A stretch of DNA of 64,000 bases from a virus. The first letter of the stretch is position 1. The number at the start of each line of letters is the position of its first letter. The position numbers and the translations under genes were made by a program. The DNA is taken from positions 1 through 64,000 of the IMG/VR virus record IMGVR_UViG_3300038679_000131. One strand, 5' to 3'. Below are positions 62,363 to 64,000 of the stretch, piece after piece. Below the pieces are notes generated by a model that saw only the letters and a list, made by a program, of their open reading frames with translations, made no database searches and was not told where the DNA came from.

Positions 62363-63271
62363 TTAAGCAGCTTCCTCTTCCACCTCAACAACTCTAACGT
62401 ATTTCCCAGAAATCTCTCCCAAATCATCCAATGCCACAGCCTTTTTCATCACTTCATCCGCCAACTTGCTAACCTGCATCTGCAAGTCTTTGTTACCTTT
62501 GAAGAAGGCTGCATCTTCTGGGAGAGCATTCTTGAGCTTATCCAATGCCGCATCAATATCTTTATCACCAAACACATTTAATTCTTTAAACCAGCTATGA
62601 ATCGACTTCACCGACTCAATACTGGAGTTTTTGATGACCTTGCCGTCCGCCAGCTTCTTAGCCAGTGCCTCGACTGTCTGCCCGATTTTCTTCCTGAGCA
62701 AGATAACTGACTCTTCCACAAACTGAGCCATCTTTTCATTGACTTCCTGTTGAGCCTGATTGTAGGCTTCAATCAGTTCTTCCGAATCAAGCTCAGAAGT
62801 ATCAGGGCCTTTTACCTCAAAGATAGCCCACCACATATCAAACTTCTTACGGAGTTTGGCTCTCTCTGGAATGTCATTTGCCTTGAAAGTATCAGGATAA
62901 TCTTGCAGCATCTGGATGATGATTTCTTCCCTGCTGTCGCAAAATTCCTCAACCAACTCCATATACTGCGCCTTAAACGCATTGAGATTGGTTACGATTT
63001 TGTCAATTCTCATTCGAGGAACAGCCCGAACATTGTCAAGCAAGAAAGGAAGACTATTGCTTTTCAGATAATTTATTGCCTTCCCTTGTATCTTGCTGAA
63101 CTTTGCCCTCCAGTCTTCAGGATAAAGTTTCCGATGACCCAGAACGATGTTTTCCGCCACATCGCTTTCTTCCAAATCTAAATCTTCAGCTTGAAGTTTG
63201 GTTTGGCCGGGCCATCTTTTTACCCTGACCTGCATACAAACAATAGGCAATTTGGTTTTCTCTTCCGGCAT
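62363..63271 (-). CDS. DUF3150-like helical protein
   Basis: 'W.G..KL', 'LG.RKL', helical C-terminal half; next to AAA. Confidence 0.55.
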   Translation of the reverse strand: MPEEKTKLPIVCMQVRVKRWPGQTKLQAEDLDLEESDVAENIVLGHRKLYPEDWRAKFSKIQGKAINYLKSNSLPFLLDNVRAVPRMRIDKIVTNLNAFKAQYMELVEEFCDSREEIIIQMLQDYPDTFKANDIPERAKLRKKFDMWWAIFEVKGPDTSELDSEELIEAYNQAQQEVNEKMAQFVEESVILLRKKIGQTVEALAKKLADGKVIKNSSIESVKSIHSWFKELNVFGDKDIDAALDKLKNALPEDAAFFKGNKDLQMQVSKLADEVMKKAVALDDLGEISGKYVRVVEVEEEAA

Positions 63272-63305
63272 AGTGATCCTCCTTTTTTGGTTGTAGAACC
63301 CTTGT

Positions 63306-63512
63306 TTAGGATTTTTTGGTGTACTTGTCCTTTACTGTATCCAGAACAAACTCATGTTCACCAACACATTCAAAAACCCAAATGTTGTAAGGTTTATTGT
63401 CTGGATCAAAATCTCCAGACTCAAAACCTCCAGCAAGGGCTTCTTCTGGGGAAGCATATTCCCCCACTTCAAGCCACTTGTCATGTGAATCCACCACTAC
63501 ATACTTTGGCAT
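63306..63512 (-). CDS. Hypothetical acidic protein
   Basis: RBS AGGAGG. Confidence 0.5.
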   Translation of the reverse strand: MPKYVVVDSHDKWLEVGEYASPEEALAGGFESGDFDPDNKPYNIWVFECVGEHEFVLDTVKDKYTKKS

Positions 63513-63750
63513 ACTTCCTCCTTATCCTTGAAAGTTGTAAACCCTGCCAAACTCACCAGAATCAAGAGTAATCTGGGCTTGTTCCTGAGTTGCATAGTAC
63601 CCAGATTCTCTGCTGTAAGGCCCACAATGACAATAAGTCCCGACATACCATCCGCCACCACTACGATAAACTCCAAGCTTCGGGGTTTTGCCGCAGTCGG
63701 AGCACGTTGGTGCTGCTCCAGTTGCCAATGTTTCTCCAATTCCTGCCATA

Positions 63751-63993
63751 CTAATCCTCCTTCCATCCAAAATACACTCTGGGAGAGTGTTTAAACATCA
63801 AACTTCCTTTCTTTCCAGTAGCCCTGTTTCTGACTATGACAAACGGAGCTAAGAAGCCCAATACTTCAAACTCCTTAGTTAATTCATCAGTAGTCCATTC
63901 ATGACCCTCTGGGGGAATAACTCCAGAGTTGATTGCATGAACTAATTCTCTACGAATTCCTTCAGTTGGATCAGTCATTTCAATCCTCCTCAC
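63751..63993 (-). CDS. Conserved phage hypothetical protein
   Basis: 'FEVLGFLAPFV.V...G.KGSL.F.HSPR.YF'. Confidence 0.6.
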   Translation of the reverse strand: MRRIEMTDPTEGIRRELVHAINSGVIPPEGHEWTTDELTKEFEVLGFLAPFVIVRNRATGKKGSLMFKHSPRVYFGWKED

Positions 63994-64000
63994 ATTTACA

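Noticed and set aside
1-64000. Stop-codon reassignment
   Set aside because: Conserved genes are full length under the standard code, and TAA, TAG and TGA all terminate genes at operon junctions.

Overview
A 64 kb, AT-rich segment of a large tailed dsDNA phage. An overlapping i-spanin/o-spanin pair points to a Gram-negative host. The + strand (1-13275) carries the 3' part of the tape measure gene, tail genes (three ending in Ser-Pro repeats), an AdoMet decarboxylase and a lysis cassette. The - strand (13282-64000) carries small accessory genes separated by structured RNA-like elements, HU, SbcCD-like nuclease, resolvase, RecA, 5'-3' exonuclease, gp32-like SSB and UvsY-like genes. It continues with a clamp loader with intein, a UDG-fused family A polymerase, a sliding clamp, and a 7-deazaguanine DNA-modification cluster (folE, queD, queE, DpdL-like, DpdA-like, plus radical SAM and glycosyltransferase; no queC in the window). 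It ends with DnaB with intein, primase, SF2 helicase, tRNA-Pro, a sigma-like factor, five free-standing homing endonucleases and an AAA/DUF1257/DUF2997 module. Most notable: a shared N-terminal peptide M-[SGA]-R-L-[KR] on about 11 mostly DNA-acting proteins; a second shared C-terminal motif; an endonuclease gene hidden in another reading frame inside an intein; a probable extended deazaguanine hypermodification pathway; a four-copy phage promoter; and several covarying RNA structures (tRNA-like pair, repeated pseudoknot). All assignments come from motif recognition by eye; no searches were run.
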